DNA from: Gammaproteobacteria bacterium
GTDB taxonomy: Bacteria > Pseudomonadota > Gammaproteobacteria > CBDBNL01 > JAAOII01
DNA: 64,000 nucleotides
Direction of reading: 5' to 3'
Assembly (NCBI GenBank): GCA_965209035.1
Contig: OZ242372.1
Location: 1,152,001 to 1,216,000, forward strand
The translations under genes and the position numbers were made by a program. Of this stretch, positions 1-9,457 are shown piece by piece. Under the pieces are notes generated by a model. The model searched no databases, was not told where the DNA came from, and was given only the letters and a program-made list of their open reading frames with translations. Position 1 is the first letter of the stretch, and each line of letters starts with the position of its first letter.

Positions 1-64
1 CTTCCAAAGAAACGCCTTCGCAATACAGATTGGCGTTTGACGACGGGCGGAAGTGACCTGTCAT
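1..64 (-). CDS. lysA: 5' end of probable diaminopimelate decarboxylase (runs off the window)
   Basis: Minus-strand ATG at 64 reads MTGHFRPSSNANLYCEGVSLE, resembling the LysA N-terminus. It overlaps the stop of the upstream lipoprotein gene (ATGA), matching the lptM-lysA order seen in Pseudomonas-like genomes. Only 21 codons are visible. Confidence 0.6.
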   Translation of the reverse strand, partial: MTGHFRPSSNANLYCEGVSLE

Positions 65-369
65 TTGGGTGCGAGGGCAGGGGCAGGAACGAGGGCGGGT
101 GCGTAAGAGAGGATGATGACCCTGCCGGCTTCCTGCGGTTCTTCCGGTGCGGGCAAATGCAAGGGTCCCTTGAGGCCGCAGCCGCCGAGAGACAGCAACA
201 CAACCGCCAAAATAATTCGCAGGCTGCGAGGTAGCTTGCCGAATAAACGCAGTGCCGGCGGCGCACCGGGTCGGCGGCACGCCCGGGCGGGCGAACAAGT
301 GACCGAGCAGGCAGACCGAACGGCAACGGATGCGACAGACAGAAAAAGCGCGGCAGGAGCGGAAAACAT
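61..369 (-). CDS. lptM: LptM/YifL-family small lipoprotein (true start may be further downstream)
   Basis: Hydrophobic stretch followed by LGGCGLKGPLHLP, the lipobox plus CGxKGPLxLP signature of this family. Confidence 0.75.
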   Translation of the reverse strand: MFSAPAALFLSVASVAVRSACSVTCSPARACRRPGAPPALRLFGKLPRSLRIILAVVLLSLGGCGLKGPLHLPAPEEPQEAGRVIILSYAPALVPAPALAPK

Positions 370-399
370 AGAATCTATTTTACAATCAATACGACTGCT

Positions 400-948
400 C
401 CCGTTTCACAGACCGGATATAACCTGTGTCCAAAAACAGAAAACTCGCACCCGACCTCCGACTTCCAACTTCCAACCTCCCCGTTTCACCGGCAAAAATA
501 ACCCGCGGAAAAAACAGAAAACGCGCACCCGACTTCTAACTTCCGACTTCCGACTTCCAACCTCCCCGTTTCACGGGCCGGATATAACCTGCGTCCAAAA
601 ACAGAAAACGCGCACCCGACCTCCGACTTCCAACTTCCAACTTCCCCGTTTCACAGACCGAAAATAACCCGCGGAAAAAACAGAAAACGCGCACCCGACT
701 TCTAACTTCCGACTTCCGACTTCCAACCTCCCCGTTTCACGGGCCGGATATAACCTGCGTCCAAAAACAGAAAACGCACACCCGACCTCCGACTTCCGAC
801 TTCCAACCTCCCCGTTTCACGGACCGGATATAACCTGCGTCCAAAAACAGAAAACGCGCACCCGACCTCCGACTTCCAACTTCCGACTTCCAACTTCCCC
901 GTTTCACAGACCGGATATAACCTGCATCCAAAAACAGAAAACTCGCAT
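400..948. repeat. Tandem repeat, 7 units of ~80-87 bp containing 3-4 internal heptamers (CTTCCGA/CTTCCAA)
   Basis: CCGTTTCAC recurs at ~401, 481, 566, 646, 732, 812 and 899. Two unit types occur in the order A,B,A,B,A,A,A. Confidence 0.95.
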
Positions 949-1082
949 CGACACATCTACACCTCTGACACCTCCAACACCTCGACATATCAGAGGGCAC
1001 TGTTCCGGGTTCCGGCGGAAGGAGGATGTCTGTTCGGGGGGTGTCTTCTTATAATTGACATTATGCAACATCTATACAGCCT

Positions 1083-2132
1083 ATGCGGCCACCTTTAATG
1101 ACACGCAAGTTTCCGGCAAACAGATTCAGGCGCATTCGCGCCCGGGCGTTTGCGCGCGATCTGACAGCCGAAACGAGATTGACGCCGGCAGACCTGATTT
1201 TACCGATCTTTGTTTGCGAAAACGAAGAACGGCAACTTGACATTCCCGCTATGCCGGGAGTGAGTCGGGTGCGTTTGGAAGGCCTGGTGCGGCTTGGCCG
1301 CCGGGTGACGGCAGCGGGAATACCCGCCATTGCTCTTTTCCCTGTGGTGCCAAAAGAAAAGAAAACACCCTATGCTACGGAAGCCCATAACGAGAACGGT
1401 CTCATTCCGCGGGCGGTGCGGTTACTCAAGAAGCGTGTGCCGGAACTGGGCGTGATTACGGACATCGCGCTGGACCCCTATACCTCGCACGGGCATGATG
1501 GCATCACGGATGCACGGGGACAGGTAGTGAACGACGGAACATTACACCTTTTGGCAAGACAGGCTCTTTGCCTGGCGGAAGCCGGCAGCGATGTGTTGGC
1601 TCCTTCGGATATGATGGACGGACGCATCGGGCATGTGCGGGCGGCGCTTGAGAAAAACGGCTACCCGGAAACGATGCTGCTTTCCTATGCGGCAAAGTAT
1701 GCGTCCGCATTTTACGGCCCTTTTCGCGAGGCTCTCGGTTCGGCCGGTAATCTCGGCAAGAGCGACAAGAGGTCCTATCAGATGGATCCCGCCAATACGG
1801 ACGAGGCACTGGCGGAGGTGGCGGCGGATATTGAGGAAGGCGCGGATATGGTGATGGTGAAACCGGGCATCTGTTATTTGGATATTGTTCGGCGGGTAAA
1901 AAGCCGGTTCGGTGTCCCAACTTTGGCGTATCAGGTGAGCGGCGAATATGCGATGTTGTCCCTGGCGGGACAGGCGAACGGGAACGAAGAGGCGTTGTTT
2001 TTTGAATCGCTGCTCGCGTTTAAGCGAGCCGGCGCGGATGGAATTCTTTCTTACTATGCTCTGCGGGCTGCGGAGCGATTGAATAGCGGCAGGGGCGGCA
2101 GAGGCAATAAAGACAATAAAGGCAGGGCGTAA
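1083..2132 (+). CDS. hemB: Porphobilinogen synthase (delta-aminolevulinate dehydratase)
   Basis: Motifs DIALDPYTSHGHDG, APSDMMDGR, YAAKYASAFYGPFR, MVMVKPG and AYQVSGEYAM. Confidence 0.97.
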   Translation: MRPPLMTRKFPANRFRRIRARAFARDLTAETRLTPADLILPIFVCENEERQLDIPAMPGVSRVRLEGLVRLGRRVTAAGIPAIALFPVVPKEKKTPYATEAHNENGLIPRAVRLLKKRVPELGVITDIALDPYTSHGHDGITDARGQVVNDGTLHLLARQALCLAEAGSDVLAPSDMMDGRIGHVRAALEKNGYPETMLLSYAAKYASAFYGPFREALGSAGNLGKSDKRSYQMDPANTDEALAEVAADIEEGADMVMVKPGICYLDIVRRVKSRFGVPTLAYQVSGEYAMLSLAGQANGNEEALFFESLLAFKRAGADGILSYYALRAAERLNSGRGGRGNKDNKGRA

Positions 2133-2136
2133 AAAT

Positions 2137-3444
2137 CTAAACGCCCGTGCCGGGTTGCGGCACATCTATTCCCCCGGGGCTTGCACCCTGATCGATGAGG
2201 TCGGCGGGACGCGGCGGATTTTTCTTGATCCAGTAAACAAACAACATACTGCCGGCAATGCCGGAGAAAAGAGAGCCGGCGAGAATACCGATGAGTGTCT
2301 GGTCAATGAAACTTTCGTTGCCGGCATAAGCGATGGTGCCGATGAGGAGACTCATCGTAAAACCGATGCCGCAAATAAAACCCATCGCCAGAAGGTTAAG
2401 CGGGTCTATCTGTGGCGGAAACTTGATCCGAAAAAGAAAACGCCATAAAAAGGTGCCGACAAGCATCCCTACCGGCTTGCCGATGAACAGACCGAAGAAA
2501 ACGCCGAGCGAGATGCCACTAAAAAACAACCCTTCGGAAAAGGCGTTTGCCAGGGGCAAACCGGAATTGACGAAAGCAAAAAGAGGCAGTATGCCGAGCA
2601 TGACCGTGCGATGCAAACTATGTTCCAACTTATAAGCCGGCGAAACATAGCCCATACGAAAGGTGCCGAGGTCCTGACCGAAGGCATGCGGCAAGCCCGC
2701 CTTGGGTTTTGTTTTAAGCGGGATGCAAAATGCAATTAAAATACCCGTCAGGGTCGGATGAATGCCCGTGTTCAGCATAAAAAACCAGGACAGCAAGCCT
2801 ACCAGCAGATACGGAGTGAGCGAGCGAACATTGAGGAGATTAAAAAGAGCCATACAGAACACGCAGAAAAACGAAAAGAGAAGCATCATCAGATTGATGT
2901 CGCCGGAATAAACAACGGCAATGATGATGATAGCGCCGATGTCGTCTATGACCGCCAGGGCAAGAACAAACAACTTGACATTGTGCGGCAACAGGCGACC
3001 GAACAGGGCGATGATGCCCACCGCAAAGGCGATGTCGGTGGCGGTTGGCACGGCCCAACCGGACAGAGTTGCCGGGTTGTCGGAATTGAAAAGATAGAAC
3101 AAAAAGGCCGGCACGAGAATTCCGCCCAGCGCGGCAAAAGTAGGCAGAATGACATAGTTGATGTTGGCAAGTTGTCCCGCCAGGAATTCGCGCTTAATTT
3201 CCAACCCGACCAAAAGAAAGAAAATCACCATCAAGCCCTCGTTAATCCAATGATGCAGGCTGTAGTCCAGTTCAATATCACCCACGGAAATGCCAATATG
3301 GAATTCCAGGAAAGAATGATACTTGCCGGCTGCGACCGAGTTTTCCAAAACAAGTGCCAGGACAGTGGCAACTAACAATAACACACCGCCGGCACTGTCG
3401 GAATCAAAGATCTTTTTTATGATTGTCCCAAAATTATTTTTCAT
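2137..3444 (-). CDS. nhaA: Na+/H+ antiporter NhaA
   Basis: Motifs GWAVPTATDIAFA, LAVIDDIGAI and GIGFTMSL in a multi-TM protein. Confidence 0.96.
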   Translation of the reverse strand: MKNNFGTIIKKIFDSDSAGGVLLLVATVLALVLENSVAAGKYHSFLEFHIGISVGDIELDYSLHHWINEGLMVIFFLLVGLEIKREFLAGQLANINYVILPTFAALGGILVPAFLFYLFNSDNPATLSGWAVPTATDIAFAVGIIALFGRLLPHNVKLFVLALAVIDDIGAIIIIAVVYSGDINLMMLLFSFFCVFCMALFNLLNVRSLTPYLLVGLLSWFFMLNTGIHPTLTGILIAFCIPLKTKPKAGLPHAFGQDLGTFRMGYVSPAYKLEHSLHRTVMLGILPLFAFVNSGLPLANAFSEGLFFSGISLGVFFGLFIGKPVGMLVGTFLWRFLFRIKFPPQIDPLNLLAMGFICGIGFTMSLLIGTIAYAGNESFIDQTLIGILAGSLFSGIAGSMLFVYWIKKNPPRPADLIDQGASPGGIDVPQPGTGV

Positions 3445-3567
3445 ATTGTTACTGTTAATGATATCCGCATGTTACCTGTTTCCATTATAACCGCTTTGTG
3501 CTGCATGTCCTTTCGGTATTCCAAAAAAGTACGAGACTTCATATCACCGGACTGAGCATAAACAGTT

Positions 3568-4679
3568 TTATGATCCGTCATGATGCATCGGATTCATTTG
3601 ATAATTCTTGAAGCGTTCCGTCGCGGTCTGCAAGATCTCCGAATTGATTTCGTAACCGATGCCATTGCGTTTCAGGTCGGCGGCGGCCAACAAGCCGGTG
3701 CAAGAACCGGCAAAAGGGTCCAGGACGGTTTCAGAGACATAACTATATGCCTTGATTAATCTGTACGGAAGTTCGGACGGAAAGGGGGCGACATGGCTGC
3801 GCCCGTCCCCGCTTTGTTGCGGTTTCATTAACCAGATGTCCGAATTCTTCAGACTCAGCCAGAACTCTTTATCCAACTTGGACTGTTCTTTCTGCTCGGC
3901 TGACAGATGCGCATACTTACGCGTGCCGGCGGCCGCCGGCTTGTCAAACTCCAAAATAAACTCGTGCCTATATAAGCACCAAAGTGCGCGCGGACGCCGT
4001 TGGTTTTGTGCCAGACGATGTCCCGCTTAAAGATAAAGCCGACGCTTTCCATTAGGTCAATAGTTTTGCCCGCTAAGTTGAGACAACGAAAGGTCTTGGC
4101 ATAACGGATGGGGAGATTCATAATATTAACAAAAATCTTGCGACCGGGTTGCAGCACGCGCAGGCATTCTTGCCAAACGCATCGGATGTTTTCAAACCAT
4201 TCGTCCAGATCATGGATGTTACCCAAGTCGTTCCCAATATGGTTTGCCGAGTACATCTTGGCATTGAAGTAGGGCGGCGAGGTGACGATCAAGTGAACGG
4301 ATTGATCCTCAAGAACATCCATCCGCATAGAATTGCCGCAAATGATTTTTTGCACGGTTGGGCCGCAAACGAATGCATCGCCACGGGCAGTCTGTGGATC
4401 GGGCTTTGGCGCGGGCTCTGGCACGGGCGACGCGGCTTCCGCGGAAAGTTGCCGTTCAAGTAGTTTCCCGCATCGCAGAGATTGCAGATCACTCAATCGG
4501 TATCTGTACTGACCGCCCGCGGACCTGCGAGCGGGAACCTCTCCGGTTTTGGTCATACGATGCAGTTCGCTTACGGAAATTCCCGAAAACCCGGCACTTT
4601 CAATTGCCGATAAGTAGGATCTGGTTTTATAGGCATCGCGCGGATCTGCCGGAGGGTTGTGCCTGACGTTCGTAACCAT
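3568..4679 (-). pseudogene. Frameshifted beta-class N4C/N6A DNA methyltransferase with N-terminal MerR/Xis-like HTH
   Basis: ORF 3855-4679 has an HTH-like segment (ISVSELHRMTKTGEVPARRSAGGQYRY) and TSPPY. ORF 3568-3954 has HVAPFP and VLDPFAGS. The frames switch near 3965-3970 (HFGAY // HEFILEFDKP). Confidence 0.85.
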
Positions 4680-4768
4680 TAATTCTCTCTAATACTTTTG
4701 GAGTGTTTTTGGAATGCTTTTTGAAGTTCGTCTTTTTTGTGCATCATTTAAGTAAGTATTATACGCAC

Positions 4769-4818
4769 TGTATGATCCCACCTACGTTCCGGACTTTTGT
4801 TGTTTTTGTAAAAACAGG
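4769..4818 (-). mobile_element. IS481-family right-end remnant
   Basis: TGTATGATCCCA...CCGGACTTTTGTTGTTTTTGTAAAAAC matches the terminus of the full IS at 30577. Confidence 0.85.
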
Positions 4819-4891
4819 CTTTTTCATTCAGAAGACAGAGCACACTTTGTGGCCAAAACTCTTCCGGGAAGATGCAATGTGATGCGAAATG

Positions 4892-6157
4892 CTATGCGGA
4901 ATCTTCACTCGCCGGAGCGGAAGGGATTTTGCAGATTCTGACCCATCTTTGTCGCTGACTTCCGCTCTTTTCGTTTTCTATGGTGATTTGAAATTCGTTC
5001 CAGGCAATGCATACCGGCGACCGGGGCAGTTCTTCCAACTTCTCAAGAATAAGACCGCGCAATGTTTTGGCCTGACCGGATTTCAAATCAAGACCCAATC
5101 TGTTGTTTAGAGTGCGCAGCGGGATACTGTCCGCCACCAACCAGGTATGCGGGTCTATCTCTCTGATGGAAGAGGCTTCCAGCATACCGGTGATCTGAGA
5201 AATAATGTCCTTAAGAGTAATCATCCCTTGCGGAACTCCGTATTCGTCAACAACAATCGCATGATGACTTTTACTTTCCAAAAAATCTTCCAACTGATTT
5301 AAAAGATTAACAGTCACCGGGACAAACGGGGCTTCCAACACAAGAGACTGGAGTTTTTCTTTGGTGAACTTGGCTTGATTAAACATAATCTTAACTTGAC
5401 GGACATCCAGAAATCCGAGCGGTTCGTTAATGTTATCCATAAAGACCAAAAGATGGCTGTGCTTTGCTTTATTCAGAGTCTTTTTGATGCGAGGCAAGGG
5501 TTGGCTTAGATCGCATGCTTCCACATGGCCAAGGGCTGTCATGGCTTCTTCCACACGGGCGGCATGGAAGTCCAAAATATTTAATAGCATATCGCTTTGT
5601 TTCACCGAAAGAAGCGCACGGGCATCCACAACCGCTCCTTTGAGTTCGGCAATATTGATGCCGTTACTTTTTTCTTTTTTGCCCAGTAGGATCAATCGCT
5701 TTAGTATTTCAACCATATGACTTAACAAAACAATCACGGGAAGGAATAAAGCCTTTAAGGGGTAAAGAAGCCAAGCGGATCCGATTGTCAAAGTATAAGG
5801 ATGACGATATGCAATACTTTTGGGAGTGATCTCACAAAAAATTAAAATGAAAAAGGTGGTGAGCAAAGAAGAAACCAGAACGAAGTTTTCTCCAAAATAA
5901 CGAATGGTGAAAACAGCTACCAGAGTGGTCATGCCCACATTTGCCAGATTGTTTCCCAAAAGAATGAAACTCAGCAGTCTGTCCGGATGATTTAATAACT
6001 TATGGGCAAGTTTTGCAAGATACTTGTTGCGAGCGGCTGCGGCTTTAAGTTGGTGGCGACTGACCGCAACATAGGCTGTTTCCGCTGCGGAGAAAAACAC
6101 GGATGCCGCAACAGAAAGAAGAAGAAACCCCAATAAGGTGGTAAAAGATGTTTCCAT
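4892..6157 (-). CDS. CNNM/HlyC/CorB-family membrane protein (DUF21 + CBS + CorC-like domains)
   Basis: Motifs FFSAAETA, ILLGNNLAN, IFCEITPKS and AIVVDEYG. Confidence 0.93.
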   Translation of the reverse strand: METSFTTLLGFLLLSVAASVFFSAAETAYVAVSRHQLKAAAARNKYLAKLAHKLLNHPDRLLSFILLGNNLANVGMTTLVAVFTIRYFGENFVLVSSLLTTFFILIFCEITPKSIAYRHPYTLTIGSAWLLYPLKALFLPVIVLLSHMVEILKRLILLGKKEKSNGINIAELKGAVVDARALLSVKQSDMLLNILDFHAARVEEAMTALGHVEACDLSQPLPRIKKTLNKAKHSHLLVFMDNINEPLGFLDVRQVKIMFNQAKFTKEKLQSLVLEAPFVPVTVNLLNQLEDFLESKSHHAIVVDEYGVPQGMITLKDIISQITGMLEASSIREIDPHTWLVADSIPLRTLNNRLGLDLKSGQAKTLRGLILEKLEELPRSPVCIAWNEFQITIENEKSGSQRQRWVRICKIPSAPASEDSA

Positions 6158-6786
6158 AGAATTAGAATACTCTCAATTTTAGGATGTAACGGATTGGTAT
6201 GATTTTAGAGACCTTATGTTTGTTGTAACAACAAGTTGTTGGTAGTTATTAATGATAATAAATAATTTAAATTTATTATTGTTATTAGATTGTTTATTAT
6301 AGTTGTAACCGCCACTAACTTCTATTTTATCTTATGTTTGTAAGGAATTGGATTAAAACAACAGGGTTGTTAATCTGTTTGTTTTTTGTTTGTTCTTTTT
6401 ACATAAGCCTCGTTTCTTTTTTTTGAGTTCCTATTTTTTCACCGGCAGCTTTTTTTATGTCGGCAATCTACAAATTACAAACAAGAAAAAAATTAAAAAA
6501 CCTTAATTACTCTTTTTTTCCATTCTCTTGTTTGATTTTTTTCTTATAACTATATTTGTTGTTCGTGATAAAAAAAGAGGCGATTTAATGGCGAACAAAG
6601 TGACAAAACAAAGTGACAAAACGTTGAGCGGTAGTTTGTAGTTTGTTTCAAGTTGGTATTCCAAATGAGGATACGGAACAGGAACAAAAGAAGAGCGGAG
6701 TGTTTGAGAGATTTAATGATTGTCTTATTTTATAAGGCTTTTTGAAATATGAATGTAAAGTAAAAATGACAGAAGAAAAATAAAAG
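6158..6786. other. Candidate replication origin (oriC): AT-rich intergenic region upstream of dnaA
   Basis: About 630 bp of noncoding DNA with a very AT-rich core (~6245-6300), divergent flanking genes, and adjacency to dnaA-dnaN-recF-gyrB. A parS cluster lies ~7 kb away. No perfect TTATCCACA was found. Confidence 0.55.
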
Positions 6787-8262
6787 ATGCCGAATCTCTC
6801 TTGGGACGCAATTAGCGTTTGTTTGGCACAAAAAATACCGACTTCAGAATTTGAAAGGTGGCTTTCTCCTCTTAAAGTAGAATGTCAAGCGAAATGTCAA
6901 ACAGGGGCTGGCCGGGATGAGAAAGGAAATATTGGTAAAAGGAAAAAAGAGGCAGCCGCCTCTTTTTTTAATGTATCTATCAAAGCGGAGAATAAATATA
7001 AGATGGATTGGGTCAAGAAACATTACGGGGAATGTATTTCTGAAATTGTTACGGAACTTTGTCGTTCCGATTCTTTGGTTCCAAAGATTCACTATTGTCA
7101 TTCCGGTAAAAAAGTTAAACAGAACGAGGCTATAAATACGAATGCGAATGCGATTATGAGAGCGGAAGATCGTTTCCCCGGCAATTTTCAGGGCCGAGGA
7201 ATTAAGGTTTCCGGTACGGCGGCAAATTGGACCAGTTGTGTATCACCCTATCCGACTTTTCAAAACTTTATTGATGGAAAAATTAACCGAGTGGCAAAAC
7301 GGATTGCCGTCAGTATTACTTCGAATGAGACGCGTGTTGGCAGTTTTTTCTTTTTTTGCGGAGGGAGCGGATTGGGTAAAACCCATCTGTTGCAAGCGAC
7401 GGCAAAAGAATTTAAGAAAAATAAACGATCTGTTGTTTATGTTCGTTCCGAGATTTTTGTGCGTTCTATGTTTCATCATCTAACAACAAAAGAAATGGAG
7501 AAATTCAAAGATATCTATCGCCATGCGGATGTTTTGATTATTGATGATATTCATGTATTTAAGGGGAAACCCAAAGTGCAAGAGGAGTTCTTTCACACTT
7601 TGGATGCCCGTTTGTCCGAAGAGAAAATAGTGATCCTGTCGGCGGATGCTTCGCCACAAAAAATGGATTATTTTTCGGATTCCTTGCGCGGGCGGTTGGT
7701 GAGTGCTCCTGTGGCGAAACTGGACAAACCGGACCGAGATACATTTCGTGCCATTATTGCCAAAAAATGTGTGGAAAGTAAATTGTCCCTGGATGAGCAA
7801 TGTGTGAACTATATTGCAGGGCGAGCCACCGGAAGTGTGCGGGAAGCGGAGGGTGCTTTGAAATTGGTGAGTTTTTATATGAATGTTTACAAAAAGCCGG
7901 CGGATTTGCCGATGATGAAAAAGGTGTTTTCAAACCTGGGTTCTGTGCGGAAGCGGGCTGCCAGGCCGGAAGAAATTCGGCGAGCCGCGGAACGATATTA
8001 TGAGTTGTCGGATGGGGCTTTGAAAACGGCGGGAAGGGAGAAAACTTTTGTGGTGGCAAGACGAATGGCGATGCTTCTTTGTCGCGAGTTCACCGAGTGC
8101 AGCACTACCGAAATAGGAAAAATATTTAATAGACGACATACTGCGGTTTTGCATGCCGTTCGTTGCCTTGAAAGTGAAATAAAGAAGAATGATAGTGTAA
8201 AATATGCTTACGAAAAGATGAAAAGTGAAATTGAATCTTTGGTAAATACAAGTGATTATTAA
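6787..8262 (+). CDS. dnaA: Chromosomal replication initiator DnaA
   Basis: Domain I FERWLSPL, Walker A GGSGLGKTHLL, Walker B LIIDDIH, QEEFFHT, SVREAEGAL and domain IV EIGKIFNRRHTAVLHA. Confidence 0.96.
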   Translation: MPNLSWDAISVCLAQKIPTSEFERWLSPLKVECQAKCQTGAGRDEKGNIGKRKKEAAASFFNVSIKAENKYKMDWVKKHYGECISEIVTELCRSDSLVPKIHYCHSGKKVKQNEAINTNANAIMRAEDRFPGNFQGRGIKVSGTAANWTSCVSPYPTFQNFIDGKINRVAKRIAVSITSNETRVGSFFFFCGGSGLGKTHLLQATAKEFKKNKRSVVYVRSEIFVRSMFHHLTTKEMEKFKDIYRHADVLIIDDIHVFKGKPKVQEEFFHTLDARLSEEKIVILSADASPQKMDYFSDSLRGRLVSAPVAKLDKPDRDTFRAIIAKKCVESKLSLDEQCVNYIAGRATGSVREAEGALKLVSFYMNVYKKPADLPMMKKVFSNLGSVRKRAARPEEIRRAAERYYELSDGALKTAGREKTFVVARRMAMLLCREFTECSTTEIGKIFNRRHTAVLHAVRCLESEIKKNDSVKYAYEKMKSEIESLVNTSDY

Positions 8263-8291
8263 TTATTAATTTTGATTAGAGGAAAAATAAC

Positions 8292-9413
8292 ATGGAAATA
8301 ACAATTAATAGCAACGACCTGCTCGGTCCTTTGGTGACTGTGGCGGGTGTGGCGGAGGAAAAAACAACGATGCCCATATTGGGATATTTGTATTTTCGGA
8401 CAAAAAATAACAGAATGACAATGATTGGGACGGATGCCGAGGTGGAAATTACCAGTCATTTAACTTTGCCGGGAGAGAGTCCGGATATGGAAGGGACTCT
8501 GCCGGCGCGTAAGTTTTTAAACTTTTGTCGGTCTTATGGATCGGACAAAGATATTAACATCGCATACGAAGATGGGAAGATTCGTTTGACTTGCGATAAA
8601 GGGCATACGGTGCTGTCCGCTTTACCCGCGGAAGAATTTCCGTTGATGACTGTGCCGGAGGGACAGGATAAAAAATTGCGCTATTCCATCCCCGCCTCCG
8701 AATTGCGGCGGATGATGCAAAATGTTGTCAGTTGTATGCCGATCAATGATGTTCGTTATTATCTGAACGGAATGTTGTTTGATTTTTCTCCGGAACGGTT
8801 AAACATGGTTTCCACGGATGGTCACAGAATGGCAATGGCCGGCCGGAAAGCGGAGCATGTGACGGAAGAGAAAATCAAGTGCATCTTGCCGCGGGAAGGT
8901 GTTTTGCAATTGATGCGTCTGATCGGTCGGCAAGACGAGGATGTGGAGTTGGTGTTTTACACGAACATGGTTCAAGTGATTACCAAAGACTTTACCTTTA
9001 ACTGCAAATTGATAGACGCCGCTTATCCGGATTATGCGCGCGTGATACCGGCAGATCAGCCAAACCGAATGGTATCGGCATACGAGCCTTTGTTTAACAG
9101 TTTAACCCGCTGCACCTATCTGATGACCGGTAGCAATAACAAAGTGCAGAAGGTGGAATTTCAAACGGGAAAAGATGTGCTGCGTATCAGCGCGGCCAAT
9201 GCGTCCGGTGAAAAGATGGAGGAAGAAATTCCGGTTACATATGAGGGCGATTCTTTTTCCATTAGTTTCAATGTTCGGTATATTCTGGATATTGTTGCCA
9301 CTATGCACGAAGGCAAGGTGGAAATGAATTTTACGGATGGAAATTCCAGCGCGCTGCTTCGCAAGGAAGGAGACGAAAACGAACTTTTTGTCGTGATGCC
9401 GATGAAGGCCTAA
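8292..9413 (+). CDS. dnaN: DNA polymerase III beta sliding clamp
   Basis: Motifs DVRYYLNGML, STDGHRMA, YPDYARVIP and C-terminal VVMPM; follows dnaA. Confidence 0.97.
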   Translation: MEITINSNDLLGPLVTVAGVAEEKTTMPILGYLYFRTKNNRMTMIGTDAEVEITSHLTLPGESPDMEGTLPARKFLNFCRSYGSDKDINIAYEDGKIRLTCDKGHTVLSALPAEEFPLMTVPEGQDKKLRYSIPASELRRMMQNVVSCMPINDVRYYLNGMLFDFSPERLNMVSTDGHRMAMAGRKAEHVTEEKIKCILPREGVLQLMRLIGRQDEDVELVFYTNMVQVITKDFTFNCKLIDAAYPDYARVIPADQPNRMVSAYEPLFNSLTRCTYLMTGSNNKVQKVEFQTGKDVLRISAANASGEKMEEEIPVTYEGDSFSISFNVRYILDIVATMHEGKVEMNFTDGNSSALLRKEGDENELFVVMPMKA

Positions 9414-9457
9414 CGGGCCCCCGAAAGGCCGGGACAACTTTGTAGGAATTTGTTTGG

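Noticed and set aside
400-948. CRISPR array (GTTTCAC-starting repeats)
   Set aside because: The intervening sequences are repeated rather than unique spacers, and no cas genes are present.
113-1000. ORFs 113-667, 702-956 and 737-1000
   Set aside because: They are translations of the tandem repeat or antisense to lptM, with no recognisable protein features.
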